A stretch of DNA of 64,000 nt, from contig CAVTTN010000002.1 in the NCBI GenBank assembly GCA_963737655.1, positions 3,552,001-3,616,000 of the forward strand, in the 5' to 3' direction. The position numbers and the translations under genes were made by a program. The notes under the pieces were generated by a model. That model did not search any database, was not told the origin of the DNA, and worked only from the letters and a program-made list of their open reading frames with translations. Shown piece by piece: positions 21,862 through 32,339 of the stretch (positions are counted from its first letter, which is position 1; the number at the start of each line of letters is the position of its first letter). The DNA comes from an uncultured Planctomycetota bacterium. GTDB lineage: Bacteria > Planctomycetota > Planctomycetia > Isosphaerales > Isosphaeraceae.

Positions 21862-22192
21862 GCGGCCCTAGCTCAACGGTTAGAGCAGGGGACTCATCAA
21901 TAAATGGTGGCGCCGGTGGGCAACCACCGGACGCGATCCGGGTGAATTGCGGGAAGCCTAAACCGACCCCCCCGGCACGGTAATCCGCAGCCAAGCCTGG
22001 CAGGGCTTCGTTCGCCAGGACGGTTCAGAGACTAGCGGGGTGAGCCCCAACGATAATCCCCGCCCCGAGCGCCCGGCCTCCCCGATCGGACCGCCTGCGA
22101 GTCCCGAAGGGAGGGTGAGATAGTCCGAGCCCCTCGGAAACGGGGGGATGCCTCGAATCCCTTGGTTGCAGGTTCGAATCCTGCGGGCCGCA
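21862..22192 (+). tRNA. tRNA with CAU anticodon (probably tRNA-Ile2), intron-split; exons 21862-21897 and 22156-22192
   Basis: Spliced sequence GCGGCCC TA GCTC AACGGTTA GAGC A GGGGA CTCAT|AA TCCCT TGGTT GCAGG TTCGAAT CCTGC GGGCCGC A folds into a full 73-nt cloverleaf. CCA is not encoded. Confidence 0.93.
21898..22155 (+). ncRNA. group I self-splicing intron, 258 nt, no ORF
   Basis: P1 CATCA/TGGTG with U.G at the 5' splice site, P2 with GCAA loop, P3 CCGGGTG/CGCCCGG, P AATTGCGGGAA, Q AATCCGCAGC, R GTTCAGAGACTA, S GAGATAGTCC, P9 with GAAA loop, and terminal G22155. Confidence 0.92.
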
Positions 22193-22197
22193 CTCCC

Positions 22198-24149
22198 TTG
22201 ACCAAATCCCTAGCCTTCCCAGAATCCCCCAAAGCTCCCCGACGAACTCGGGGATGGGGATGGCTCGTCGTCTTCGCCCTGGCAACCCTCCACGAGGTCG
22301 GAAGCTGGGTGGGCCTGGGGGGTTGGAAAGACCTGTCCAGCCCGTCGCCCATCACCCTCCAGGACCACCCGGTCCACGAGCACAGCCTGGCCATCTCCCC
22401 CACCTTTCTCCGCCGGTCCGGGACCACCGCCGGCTACGACCCCAGCTTCATGGCCGGCTATCCCAAGAGCGTGATTTTCCCCCAGTCCTCGACCCTTTAC
22501 GACGCCACAAGCTTCCTGATCCCCGGGGTGCCCCGGCCGATCCTCCATAAGTGGATTGTTTTCTTCGCCCTGGGGAGCATCCCCTGGGTCGTCGCCCTCG
22601 CGGGAAGCCTCTGGGGGCTTCGAGACGACGCCGTCGCCTGGGCCGTCGCCCTGTTCCTGCTCTATGTCTGGACCAATGGGGGGGATGCCGGCTTCCCCCT
22701 CAATTTTGCCTATTTTGGCATGCTAACTTACCTCCTGGCGGTGCCCGTTTGTCTGGTCGCGACGGCGGCCTACTCCCGATACATGGCACGGGGCGGGATG
22801 GGCCGGTGGTTCGGGGCGATCTTGGCCTCGTTCCTGGCGTTCCTGGTCCACGTCACGGCGCCGATGATCGTGGTTCCGGGGGCGTTGTTGAGCTTCCTGA
22901 CCGCCCTGACCAATCGACAGAAGTTCCCCATCTCACGGTACATCGGCGCGTGGACCGTGCCGATCTTCGCGGTCGCCCTGAACGCGTTTTGGTGGCTTCC
23001 GGGCGTGTGGCTCTGGAAGGTCAAGGGAGACACCGGGTTCGCGTTCGACCACTCGAAGGAAAGCGTCTGGACCCGCCTGGCCCAGATCGTCACGACCGCC
23101 CCGCCGATCCAGGCCGTTCTGGTCGGTGCGGGTCTGGTGGGAATTGTGGTCCTTTGGGCCCGGGACCGGGTGTCTGCGGCCGGTCTGGGCGGGTTCGCTC
23201 TGGCCGGGCTTGCCTGGGGTTACCTCGCCGGCGCCGTCCCGAGCCTGGATGCCCTCCAGCCGGGCCGGCATACCTACGCGCTGTTCGCCGGATTGGCCTT
23301 GCTTGGCGGATTGGGGATTTCGGAGGCGTTGGATCGGCTCTCGACCGGCCGCCCGGCCCTTCGCCTGGTGGCCGCCTTTGGCCTGATCGTGTTCGCGGGC
23401 CGGGTGTTCGGTCCGGACCTGGCGGTTTCGGTCCGCTCTCGCCTGGGCTGGCATGCCGGGCCTGGGGCGAGGCCGTTCGTGGGGAGCGAGCCGACCGATC
23501 AGTTCACTCGGCTGATCGCCTGGATTCGCTCCAACGTCAAGCCGGGTGAGCGGTTGTATTACGAAGAGGCCGGCGGCGAGCCGCTACCGGGCGACCCCGA
23601 ACCGTTCGGCGGCCACCGCTATAGCGGCGTGTTGCCGGAGATGACCGGCGTGGAGGTCATCGGCGGCCCTTATTTGAAAGCCTCGGTCGTCCAGAACTTC
23701 ACCCAGATTGGCAGCGGCCTCCTCTTCGGCAAGCCCGAGTGGACCGTGGAACGGTTCGAGAAATACGCCCGCCTCTATCGGCCGTCGGCGATCGTCTGCT
23801 GGAGCCGTCCGGCCCGCGCCTTCTGCCGAAATCACCCAGATCTCGTATCCGTCAGCTTCGACGACGGCCGAATCCTGGCCGGCACGGTGATCGGGTTCGC
23901 GGGCTCGGCGATCCGGGGACGCTGCGAGGTCTTGGCAAGCCCCGGGCGGCTGGACGTCCGGGGGATGGTGCCCGACCTTGACGGCCTGGTCGTGCTCCGG
24001 TATCACCACGCGCCGGACTTCGGAGCCGTCCGACCGTGACGATCGAGCCGGTCCTCCTGGAAGACGACCCGGCACCGTTCATCGGCCTGAGGCCGACGGG
24101 CGGTTCGAGGGAGACGGTCCTGGACCTGGCGATCCCTCCGGCCCGATAA
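22198..24149 (+). CDS. multi-pass membrane protein, probable GT-C-type glycosyltransferase (frameshift near 24015)
   Basis: More than 10 hydrophobic segments and LQDHPVH...GYDPSFMAGYP. The C-terminus continues as ..TIEPVLLEDDPAPFIGL.. in another frame to TAA at 24147-24149. Start uncertain. Confidence 0.65.
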
Positions 24150-24272
24150 GATTAGAGTGATGGGACCACCCGCCGAACCCTCAGGAGGAGGCGCCTCGGC
24201 GAGGTGAGGATCGGAAAATGGGGGCGGGCCGTCCGGATCGGCCGCCCCTCGTCTCCAGGGAAGGAGAAGTCC

Positions 24273-25577
24273 GTGACCAGTCCCGAAGAGGCCCCGAACC
24301 CCGACCGCCACGGGCGGAGGGCGGTCTGGATCGCCTACCTCGTCACCATGATCGGCGCCGGACTGATCTACAAGGACAAGGCGGAGGAGGATCGCTCCGC
24401 GTTCGTCCGCTGGCGCCATCAGGTCCTGGAGATCCGCGAAGGGAAGAACATCTGGGATCGCTATTACTTCCCCAATCCGCCCATCCTCGCGCTGACGGTC
24501 TACCCCCTGATGACCCTTCCCCCGGTCGAGGGGGCGTTGTGCTGGTTCAGCCTCAAGGCGTCGATCGCCGCCCTCTGCATGATGGCGTGCATGAGGATGG
24601 CGAAGCCGCCGTGGCTGAAATTCCCGTCGTGGGCGCAGGCGGCCGTGGTCCTTTTATGCCTCCGGCCGATCATGGGAGACCTGCACCACGGCAACAACAA
24701 TTTGATCATCTTTGGCCTGATCGTGACGACGCTGTGGGCCTGGAGGCGGGGCCTGGACGTGATGGCGGGCCTGGCGCTGGCCCTGGCAATTTGCTACAAG
24801 GTCACTCCCGCCTTGTTTGTCCCTTATTTCATGTACAAACGCTCCTGGAGGACGGTCGGGGCGACGTTCCTGGGGATCGTCCTGTTCCTGCTGGTGGTGC
24901 CGAGCCTGATCCTGGGGCCGACGTTCAACGTCCAGTGCCTGGCGAGCTGGTATCGCCGGATCCTGAGTCCCTACATGGAGAACGGGAGCGGCAGCCCTCA
25001 GGAAGTGAACCAGTCGATGGTCGGCGTAATCTACCGCCTCCTCCTGGAGCCGAAGGCGGCCGGTGAGCACAGCTACGGGACGGCCAAGCTGGATCTGAAC
25101 ATCGCGAGCCTCCCTCAAGGGCTCGTCTCGGTCGTGGCCAAGGGGCTCTCGGTCGTCCTGGTCGGCCTCCTGGCGGTCCTCTGCCGGACGAAGACGACCG
25201 ATCGGAAGGACCCGAGGCTCCTGGGCGAATTCTCCCTGGTCGTCCTCACGATGCTGTTCGTGTCGGAGAGGAGCTGGAAGCACCATTACGTGACGATGGT
25301 GTTGCCGTATACCTACCTGGTCGCCCGGACGCTGGTCCTGCCGGCGGAGAAGCGAGTCCGCTGGATCCTTGCCGGGTCCCTGGCGCTGTCGGCGTTCCTC
25401 ATGGCGTGTACGTCGAGCGAGATCGGCTCGCTACTGGTGAAGCACGGGCACAAGATTGCCCAGTTTTACGGCCTCTTCTTCTGGGCGGGGGTGGTGGCGT
25501 ACGTCGCGACGGCCTGGAGGGTCGCGGCCGAGGCCCGAACCTCCCCCCTGGAGCCGGTTCCGGCCTTGACCTCCTGA
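24273..25577 (+). CDS. glycosyltransferase family 87 (DUF2029) membrane protein
   Basis: YYFPNPP, DLHHGNNNL, LAICYKVTPAL, NQS and SERSWKHHY. AAGGAG RBS before GTG 24273. Confidence 0.8.
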   Translation: MTSPEEAPNPDRHGRRAVWIAYLVTMIGAGLIYKDKAEEDRSAFVRWRHQVLEIREGKNIWDRYYFPNPPILALTVYPLMTLPPVEGALCWFSLKASIAALCMMACMRMAKPPWLKFPSWAQAAVVLLCLRPIMGDLHHGNNNLIIFGLIVTTLWAWRRGLDVMAGLALALAICYKVTPALFVPYFMYKRSWRTVGATFLGIVLFLLVVPSLILGPTFNVQCLASWYRRILSPYMENGSGSPQEVNQSMVGVIYRLLLEPKAAGEHSYGTAKLDLNIASLPQGLVSVVAKGLSVVLVGLLAVLCRTKTTDRKDPRLLGEFSLVVLTMLFVSERSWKHHYVTMVLPYTYLVARTLVLPAEKRVRWILAGSLALSAFLMACTSSEIGSLLVKHGHKIAQFYGLFFWAGVVAYVATAWRVAAEARTSPLEPVPALTS

Positions 25578-25715
25578 TCCCGGCCGGCGCATTCGGAGGA
25601 ATCGTTCAACTTGGGGCCCTCCCGGCCCGATAATCGGAATAGTCGCGAAGGCAATGGGGTTCGGGCCCCGCCCTTCGCCTCGATCCGATGGTCAGGTCGG
25701 GCCAAGGAGGGCCTC

Positions 25716-26708
25716 ATGAACCCCAATCGCCAGAAGACGCGCCGGCGTCCCCTGTTCCGCATCCAGGCCGAGGCCCTCGAATCCCGGCAGCTGCTCACGG
25801 GAGGGGCCGGCAACACCTTCGCCCTCTCCAAGGCCACGATCCCGACCGCCGGGGGGACCGTCTCGGTCCCGTTCACCATCGAGACCGGCCACTTCACCCT
25901 GCCCCGGAGCGGCCGGCTGACCCTCGGCCTGGATGTGGTGGCCGACAACGGATCGACGGCCTCCCCGCTGATCACCTCGGTTTCGAGCGTCTCGAACCAC
26001 GAGACCGTCTTCTCCCATCCGATGCCGAAATCCCAGACCGCCCAGACTGCCCTGGCCAATGCCTCCCACGCGATCTACCCAACCATTACCCTGAAGGCCA
26101 GGAAGGGGCAGCCGGCGACGGCGACCTATCAGGTCACGGTGGCGGGCGCGAACAGCACCAGCGGGGATATCCTGGTCGGCTTCTTCCTGCCCGGCGACGC
26201 CAACGGCGATGGCAAGGTGGATAAGACGGACATCGCCGCCATCAAGGCCGACAAGGGCCAGAGCGTCTCCGGGACGACCTATACGTTCGACGCCGACACG
26301 AACCGAGACGGCAAGATCGACGCCGCGGACGTGGTCCTGGCCAAGAAGAACCTCGGGGCCGCCACGACGATCACCCCCGCCCTGACGGCCAACCTCGCCC
26401 CGGCCTCGGATACCGGCGCCGCGGACCGGATCACGAACGTCCAGACCGTCCAGTTCACGGGTCAGGCCGCTCCGGGGGCGTCGATCAACTACTCGGAGAT
26501 CAACGGGCTTTCCCCGGGAGGTTCCACAACCGCCGACTCCGGCGGTAATTACAGCGTGAGCCTCCCGCTGGGCCTCGGCACGAACACCTTCCAGGTGACC
26601 TCCAAGGACGCGTTTGGTCAGACCATCCAGGGCCAGATTCAGCCGGTCACCTTCACCACCGACGCCGTCCCCCAGGCGGCTGCGACCAGCACGACGACCA
26701 CGTCGTGA
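25716..26708 (+). CDS. secreted dockerin type I domain protein with LEPR-XLL motif and Ig-like domain
   Basis: EALESRQLLT, paired Ca-binding loops GDANGDGKVDKTD and ADTNRDGKIDAAD, and SDTGAADRITN. AAGGAGG RBS. Confidence 0.85.
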   Translation: MNPNRQKTRRRPLFRIQAEALESRQLLTGGAGNTFALSKATIPTAGGTVSVPFTIETGHFTLPRSGRLTLGLDVVADNGSTASPLITSVSSVSNHETVFSHPMPKSQTAQTALANASHAIYPTITLKARKGQPATATYQVTVAGANSTSGDILVGFFLPGDANGDGKVDKTDIAAIKADKGQSVSGTTYTFDADTNRDGKIDAADVVLAKKNLGAATTITPALTANLAPASDTGAADRITNVQTVQFTGQAAPGASINYSEINGLSPGGSTTADSGGNYSVSLPLGLGTNTFQVTSKDAFGQTIQGQIQPVTFTTDAVPQAAATSTTTTS

Positions 26709-26779
26709 GTGTTTGGAACAGGTGAGGGGTTTGAGTCAGCCAGGGAGAAGCGGTGTTTTCGGTCGTCCGCAATCAAGAC

Positions 26780-26830
26780 GATCCCCGGGTCTCCATCCCA
26801 CGAAGACGTGGGGCGGTGACCCGGGGATCG
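26780..26830. terminator. hairpin between convergent genes
   Basis: GATCCCCGGGTC ... GACCCGGGGATC inverted repeat. Confidence 0.45.
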
Positions 26831-26854
26831 ACGTTCCTGGCGGTTCGATTTCGT

Positions 26855-28871
26855 TTACTTCGCGTCGTTCTTGAGCGAAACGGCCTTCTCGCCGTCGTCG
26901 GCGAATGAGATGGGCACGTTCCACACGACGTTATTGACGGTGCAGAACCCGGCCGAGCCCTTCTTGCAGACGAACATGGCCAGGGAGACGCGGAGCTTCA
27001 GGGATTCTCCGGCGGAGGCGGGTTTGGCGAGAGGGACCTCGATGGAGAGCTTCTCTTTGGGCGGGTCGAGCTTCGTCCCGGTCGGGGAGACGGCTTCGCC
27101 AAGCGCCTTGGGGGAGTCGGGGGCTTCGATCAGGTAGATCTCGGGGGCCTCGAGGTTGAGCTTGTACCCCTCGGGGACCGCCAGGGCCAGGTCGAGCGCC
27201 ACCGAGCCTCCCGGGGCGAGCTTCACGACCGGGAGATCGATCGTCTTGGCCCGCGGGAACTTCGGCGCGAGCCTGGGCGAAGGCGGAGGGGTCACCCCTT
27301 CGAGGGTCAGGGTCCGGACCTTCGAGGTCTTCAGGTCCACGGCGCGGATGGCGTGGTTGTTCGTGTCGGCGATGAACAGGGTGGCGGCCGAGGCGCTCAG
27401 GCCGCCGGGCTCGTAGAACTGGGCGGGCGAGTCGGCCGACCCCGAATCGCGGGTGCCCAGGAACGTCTGGACGACCCGGGTGTTCGGGTCGCAGACCTTG
27501 ATCTTGTTGTTGTAAGTATCGGCGATGTAAAGCTTTCCCTCGGCGAAGGCGACGCCCAGGCAGTGCTGGAACTTGGCCTCGGCGGCGCGGCCGTCCACGT
27601 CTCCGAAGTTGAACAGGACGCCTTCGAAGTCGTGGCCGCCGACGAGGGTCGTGACCTTGTGGCCCGGTCCCATCACGATCGACCTCACGCAGGAGCCCTC
27701 GCTATCGGCCACGAACAGGTGCTTGCCGTCGGTGGCCAGGCCGCTGGGCTGGGCGAAGCTGGCATCCGGCGCCGGGCCATCGCCGATGAACTCGCGGGCC
27801 GTCCCGGCGTAGACGCCGATGGTCATGGTCGGCAGGTCGAGTTTCCAGATCTGGTGATCGCCGGCCATGGCGATCGCCAGCGCCTCGTTGCCGGGGAACG
27901 GGGCGATGTCCCACGGGCTGCTCAGGCCGGTCGATTTGGCGGGGGCTTCCTTCGGCTTCTTGTACGACTGTTCGCCGGTCCCCGCGATCGTGGTGACGGT
28001 CCTGGCCTTGAGGTCCACCGATCGGATCGCGTGGCTTTCCGTATCGGCCACAAACAGCGTCTCTCCCTTGAGATACGTCCCCTGAGGGCGGTTGAACTGG
28101 GCCTTGTCGAACGTCCCGTCCACCATCCCGGGCTGACCGTTGCCGATGGTCTCGATGTGCTTGCCCTTGAGGTCGGTCACGACGATCCGGTTGTTGCCGG
28201 TGTCGGAGATGAACAGGCGACGGCCGGGGGCGTCGGCGGTGATCTTGCCGGGGAAGTCCAGGGGGGAGTCGTGCGGCTTCTCGCTCTCGGGCCGGACGAT
28301 GAACGGCCGGGTGTCCAGGTCGCCATCCTTCTTGTGCTTGGCCACGAGCTCGCCGATCACGCGGTCGAGCTGCTCGCGATGCCCTTCGCCCGAGGCCGAG
28401 CCGAGATAATTGCCGTTGGGGTCGATCAGGACGAGGGTCGGCCAGCTCTCGACCCCGTAGCGGCCCCAGAGGGCCTGATTGGCGTCATTGATCACCGGAT
28501 GCTTGATCTTGTATTCGGCGACCTTCTTCTTGAGGTTCTCGGTGTCGCGTTCGGCGGGGAACTTCGGGGTATGGACGCCGATGACGACCAGCTCGTTCTT
28601 GTACTTGTTTTCCAGGTAGGCCAGGTCGGGCAGGACGTGGTGGCAGTTGATGCAGCAGAAGGTCCAGAAGTCGAGCAGGACGATCTTGCCCTTGAGGTCT
28701 TCCAGGTGGATCGGCCCCGCGGCGTTGATCCAGTCGGTCCCGCCTTCGAGCCCCTCCCGGGATTCGCCGGACCTGGGCGAGGGCCGATCGGGAGACGGGA
28801 TTGGCGAGCGACGAGGCCAGGAGCAGGGCCACGCCCATCGAGCGGATCAGACGCGTCTTGGGACGACTCAT
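26855..28871 (-). CDS. secreted thioredoxin-like + NHL-repeat protein (NHLRC2/SOQ1-like; frameshift near 28760)
   Basis: Signal peptide from ATG 28871. Manual translation upstream of 28495 gives DFWTFCCINCHHVLPDL...VIGVHTPKF. NHL repeats FISDTGNNRI, FNRPQG, FAQPSG and YIADTYNNKI follow. Confidence 0.88.
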
Positions 28872-28976
28872 GGAGGATTCCCCTGGATCGGTGGGTGCGA
28901 TCGGCGATCGCCGGGAGGGCCGCCTCTCGATGATTGTATGCAGAAGGCCCGCCTCGGTGCGACGGGCTTCCCCCGC

Positions 28977-29005
28977 TTGCCCCCGGCCTCCCCTCTTGCT
29001 ACGAT
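28977..29005 (+). promoter_or_regulatory. putative sigma70-type promoter of pyrRBC
   Basis: TTGCCC, 17 nt spacer, TACGAT with an extended -10 TG. Confidence 0.5.
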
Positions 29006-29062
29006 CCGCCCGACGTCGGCCGCGGAACGCCGCCCGGATGTGCCCCCTCGCCGAGGACCCGA

Positions 29063-29614
29063 ATGGCCGCCACCGAGACCCGCCTCCGCGACGCCTCGGG
29101 CCTGGCCCTCCTGGTCGAGGACCTCGCCCGACAGATCGCCCAGGGGCGAGACCCGGCCGTCCCGCTCCGCCTGGTCGGGGTGAGGACCCGGGGGGTCCCG
29201 ATCGCCGAGAGGCTCGCCCAGGCGCTGAAGCTCCGTTTCGGAGTCGAGGATTGCCCCGTCGGCGCCGTGGACATCACCCTGTACCGCGACGACCTCGGCC
29301 GGGGGGACCGCTGGCCGGTCCTCCGGGGGACCGAGGTGCCGTTCGGGGTCGAGGGGGCCGAAGTGGTCCTGGTGGACGATGTCCTGTTCACCGGGAGGAC
29401 CGTCCGAGCGGCCCTGAACAGCATCTGCGACCTCGGGCGGCCGGCGAGGGTCCGCCTGGCGGTCCTGGTCGATCGCGGGGGACGCGAGCTGCCGATCTGC
29501 GCCGATTACGTCGGCCTGGAGGTCACGACCGGGCCGACCGACCGTGTCCAGGTGAAGATCGCCCCGATCGACCCGGAAGACGAGGTCCTGCGATCGGCGT
29601 CCGATCCCGAGTGA
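29063..29614 (+). CDS. pyrR: bifunctional pyr regulator / uracil phosphoribosyltransferase
   Basis: [36 protein letters not shown] and [11 protein letters not shown]. Confidence 0.93.
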   Translation: MAATETRLRDASGLALLVEDLARQIAQGRDPAVPLRLVGVRTRGVPIAERLAQALKLRFGVEDCPVGAVDITLYRDDLGRGDRWPVLRGTEVPFGVEGAEVVLVDDVLFTGRTVRAALNSICDLGRPARVRLAVLVDRGGRELPICADYVGLEVTTGPTDRVQVKIAPIDPEDEVLRSASDPE

Positions 29615-29645
29615 ACCGACGAACCGACCCTCAAGGAGGCCCTCC

Positions 29646-30608
29646 GTGACCGGCTCCGCGCCCCCGACGGGCCCCTCCGCGTCCCCTCCCTGGACGAAGA
29701 AGCACTTGCTGGGCCTCGAAGACCTCTCGAAGGCCGAAATCCTCCATCTCCTGGACACGGCCGACGCCTTCTCCGAGGTCTCCCGGAGGGATCGCAAGAA
29801 AGTCCCCGCCCTGACCGGCCGGATCGTCTTCAACCTCTTCTTCGAGAACTCCACCCGGACCCGGACCAGCTTCAGCCTGGCCGCCAAGCGGCTCTCGGCC
29901 GACGTCCAGGACTTCTCCGCCGCCGTCTCCAGCCTCTCCAAGGGCGAGACGTTCATCGACACGGCCCGGAACCTCGAAGCGATGGGGGCCGACGTCCTGG
30001 TCGTCCGCCACCCCACGCCCGGCGCCCCCCACTTGCTCGCCAATCACGTCCGCTGCTCGATCCTCAATGCCGGCGACGGCGCCCACGAGCACCCCACCCA
30101 GGGTTTGCTCGATCTCATGACGATCCGCCGGGCCAAGGGCACCATCGAGGGCCTGACCGTCGGCCTGATCGGCGACATCAGCCATTCCCGGGTCGCCCGG
30201 TCCAACATCTGGGGCCTGACCAAGCTCGGGGCCAAGGTGATCCTCTGCGGGCCGCCCACGCTCCTGCCCCGGTCCATGGAACTGCTCGGCTGCGAGGTCG
30301 CCAACAAGCTCGACGACGTCTTGCCCAGGCTGGACGTGGTGAACGTCCTGCGAATCCAGTTCGAACGCGATCACAAGAGCGTTTTTCCATCCATCGCCGA
30401 ATATTTTCGGCTCTACGGGATGAATCGCGAACGGCTGGCCCGCGCCAAGGACGACCTCTTGCTGCTCGCCCCAGGGCCGATCAACCGAGGCGTCGAGCTC
30501 ACGGCCGAGGTCGCCGACGGCCGCCACTCGGCGATCCTCGATCAGGTCACCAACGGGCTGGCCGTGAGGATGGCGGCCCTGTTCCTCGTCAGCGGGGCCA
30601 AAGCGTAG
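29646..30608 (+). CDS. pyrB: aspartate carbamoyltransferase catalytic subunit
   Basis: [42 protein letters not shown] and PGPINRGVE. Confidence 0.96.
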   Translation: MTGSAPPTGPSASPPWTKKHLLGLEDLSKAEILHLLDTADAFSEVSRRDRKKVPALTGRIVFNLFFENSTRTRTSFSLAAKRLSADVQDFSAAVSSLSKGETFIDTARNLEAMGADVLVVRHPTPGAPHLLANHVRCSILNAGDGAHEHPTQGLLDLMTIRRAKGTIEGLTVGLIGDISHSRVARSNIWGLTKLGAKVILCGPPTLLPRSMELLGCEVANKLDDVLPRLDVVNVLRIQFERDHKSVFPSIAEYFRLYGMNRERLARAKDDLLLLAPGPINRGVELTAEVADGRHSAILDQVTNGLAVRMAALFLVSGAKA

Positions 30609-30751
30609 GGTGCATGCAATGCACCAATCCCGCGCGGGCAAAACCCGCCTTCCGATTCAAAGCGTCTCCAACAGGTGGAGACAAGGGACCTGGGTAAGAA
30701 GAGCGGTTGCGGGCGTCGCCCGCGTGGGTTCGGTGCATGGCATGCACCTAC
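30605..30751. repeat. REP doublet, family A, copy 4
   Basis: GTAGGGTGCATGCAATGCACC (30605-30625) and inverted GGTGCATGGCATGCACCTAC (30732-30751). Confidence 0.85.
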
Positions 30752-30764
30752 AGGAAATCCTCCG

Positions 30765-32075
30765 ATGCGAACGATCGTAATCACCGGGGGCCGGGTGATC
30801 GACCCGAGCCAGAACATCGACCGGATCGCCGACGTCTGGCTGAGCCGGGGGCGCGTCCTCGCCCTGGGCGGCGAGGGTCCGGTCGAGGCCGAGCTGGTGA
30901 TCGAGGCCCAGGGGATGATCGTCTGTCCCGGCCTGATCGATTGCCACGTCCACCTCCGCGAACCCGGCAACGAGGAAGATGAGACGATCGCCACCGGTGC
31001 GGCCTCGGCCCTGGCCGGAGGCGTGACGACCGTGGCGTGCATGCCGAACACCATCCCGGCCCTCGACACCAAGGGGGCGGCCGAATATGTCGTCCTCCAG
31101 GCCAAACGGGCGAGGCAGGCGAACGTCTATCCCGTGGGTGCCGTGTCCAAAGGTCGCAAGGGCGAAGAACTTGCGGAGCTGGGGCAGCTCGTCGAGGGAG
31201 GCGCCGTCGGATTCACGGACGATGGCGCCCCCGTCGCCTCCGCCTCGCTGATGAGGCAGGCCCTGCTCTATTCCAAGATGTTCGACCGGGTAGTCATGCA
31301 GCATTGCCAGGTGCCGGAGCTGACCGTCGGCGGGGTCATGAACGAGGGGTTCGAGTCGATGAGGCTCGGCCTGGGCGGGATGCCGGCGGCGGCCGAGGAC
31401 ATCATGGTGGCCCGGGACATCCGCCTGGCCGAGATCACCGGAGGCCGGCTCCACATCCAGCATATCTCCACGGCTCGATCCGTCGAGCTCGTCCGGGAGG
31501 GCAAGAGGCGAGGCGTCCGCGTGACGGCGGAGGCGTGCCCTCATCACTTCACCCTGACCGACGAATGCCTTCGGACATTCGACGCCAACTTCAAGATGAA
31601 TCCGCCCTTGCGGACCCACGCGGACATCGAGGCGGTGATCGGGGGCCTCCGCGACGGCACCATCGAGGTCCTGGCCACCGACCATGCCCCCCACGCCCGG
31701 GAGAAGAAGATGAGGGAGCTGGACCAGGCCCCGTTCGGGATCGTCGGCCTGGAGACCCTCGTGCCGATCACGATCCAGGCCCTGATCGAGCCCGGCCACC
31801 TGACCTGGCCCGAGGTCATCCGCAAGCTCACGGTGGCCCCGGCGGCCTTGTTGAATTTACAAAAGGGAACGTTGAAACCCGGGGCCGACGCCGACGTGAC
31901 CATCCTCGACCCCGAGGCCCGCTGGACGATCGACCCGGAAGCGTTCCTCTCCAAGAGCAAGAACACGCCGTATGGCGGGCGGGACGTCCGGGGCCGGGCC
32001 CATACGGTGATCGTCGATGGCGAGGTCCGGTTCACCCGAGGGGGGATCGTCCATCGGCCGGGCGAGGCGGGATGA
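30765..32075 (+). CDS. pyrC: dihydroorotase
   Basis: PGLIDCHVHLREPG, MPNT, PHHF, KMNPPLR and ATDHAPH. Confidence 0.95.
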   Translation: MRTIVITGGRVIDPSQNIDRIADVWLSRGRVLALGGEGPVEAELVIEAQGMIVCPGLIDCHVHLREPGNEEDETIATGAASALAGGVTTVACMPNTIPALDTKGAAEYVVLQAKRARQANVYPVGAVSKGRKGEELAELGQLVEGGAVGFTDDGAPVASASLMRQALLYSKMFDRVVMQHCQVPELTVGGVMNEGFESMRLGLGGMPAAAEDIMVARDIRLAEITGGRLHIQHISTARSVELVREGKRRGVRVTAEACPHHFTLTDECLRTFDANFKMNPPLRTHADIEAVIGGLRDGTIEVLATDHAPHAREKKMRELDQAPFGIVGLETLVPITIQALIEPGHLTWPEVIRKLTVAPAALLNLQKGTLKPGADADVTILDPEARWTIDPEAFLSKSKNTPYGGRDVRGRAHTVIVDGEVRFTRGGIVHRPGEAG

Positions 32076-32339
32076 CCCCGGCGCGTTGATTGCATCGTCG
32101 AAACTTGACCGAATCCGGCCCTTCCCACGACTCGGGGATCGCGCAATCGGCACGATCGTCACCCTCGTTGCCTTCGCCCGAGGAATTCCCGAGGATTTCG
32201 CGGATCGCCCCGGTGGCGCCGCTTGGAGGGCCGTGGCGAGTCTGCTATCGTAGTTCCATCGGGCCTCGAACCGGCCCCCATCGCACAGGACCGACCCCTC
32301 TCGGATCGACGAGTCCTCTCGGCCCTCGGAGACCCCACC

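Noticed and set aside
22162..22197. ORF start MVAGSNPAGRT
   Set aside because: This is the tRNA T-arm read as protein. The real CDS starts after the tRNA.
21323..22427. Short ORFs over the AT-rich region and intron (possible homing endonuclease)
   Set aside because: No LAGLIDADG, HNH or GIY-YIG motifs, and the intron is fully accounted for by RNA structure.
29006..29062. PyrR-binding attenuator
   Set aside because: The leader is short, with no PyrR binding-loop consensus or U-tailed terminator visible.
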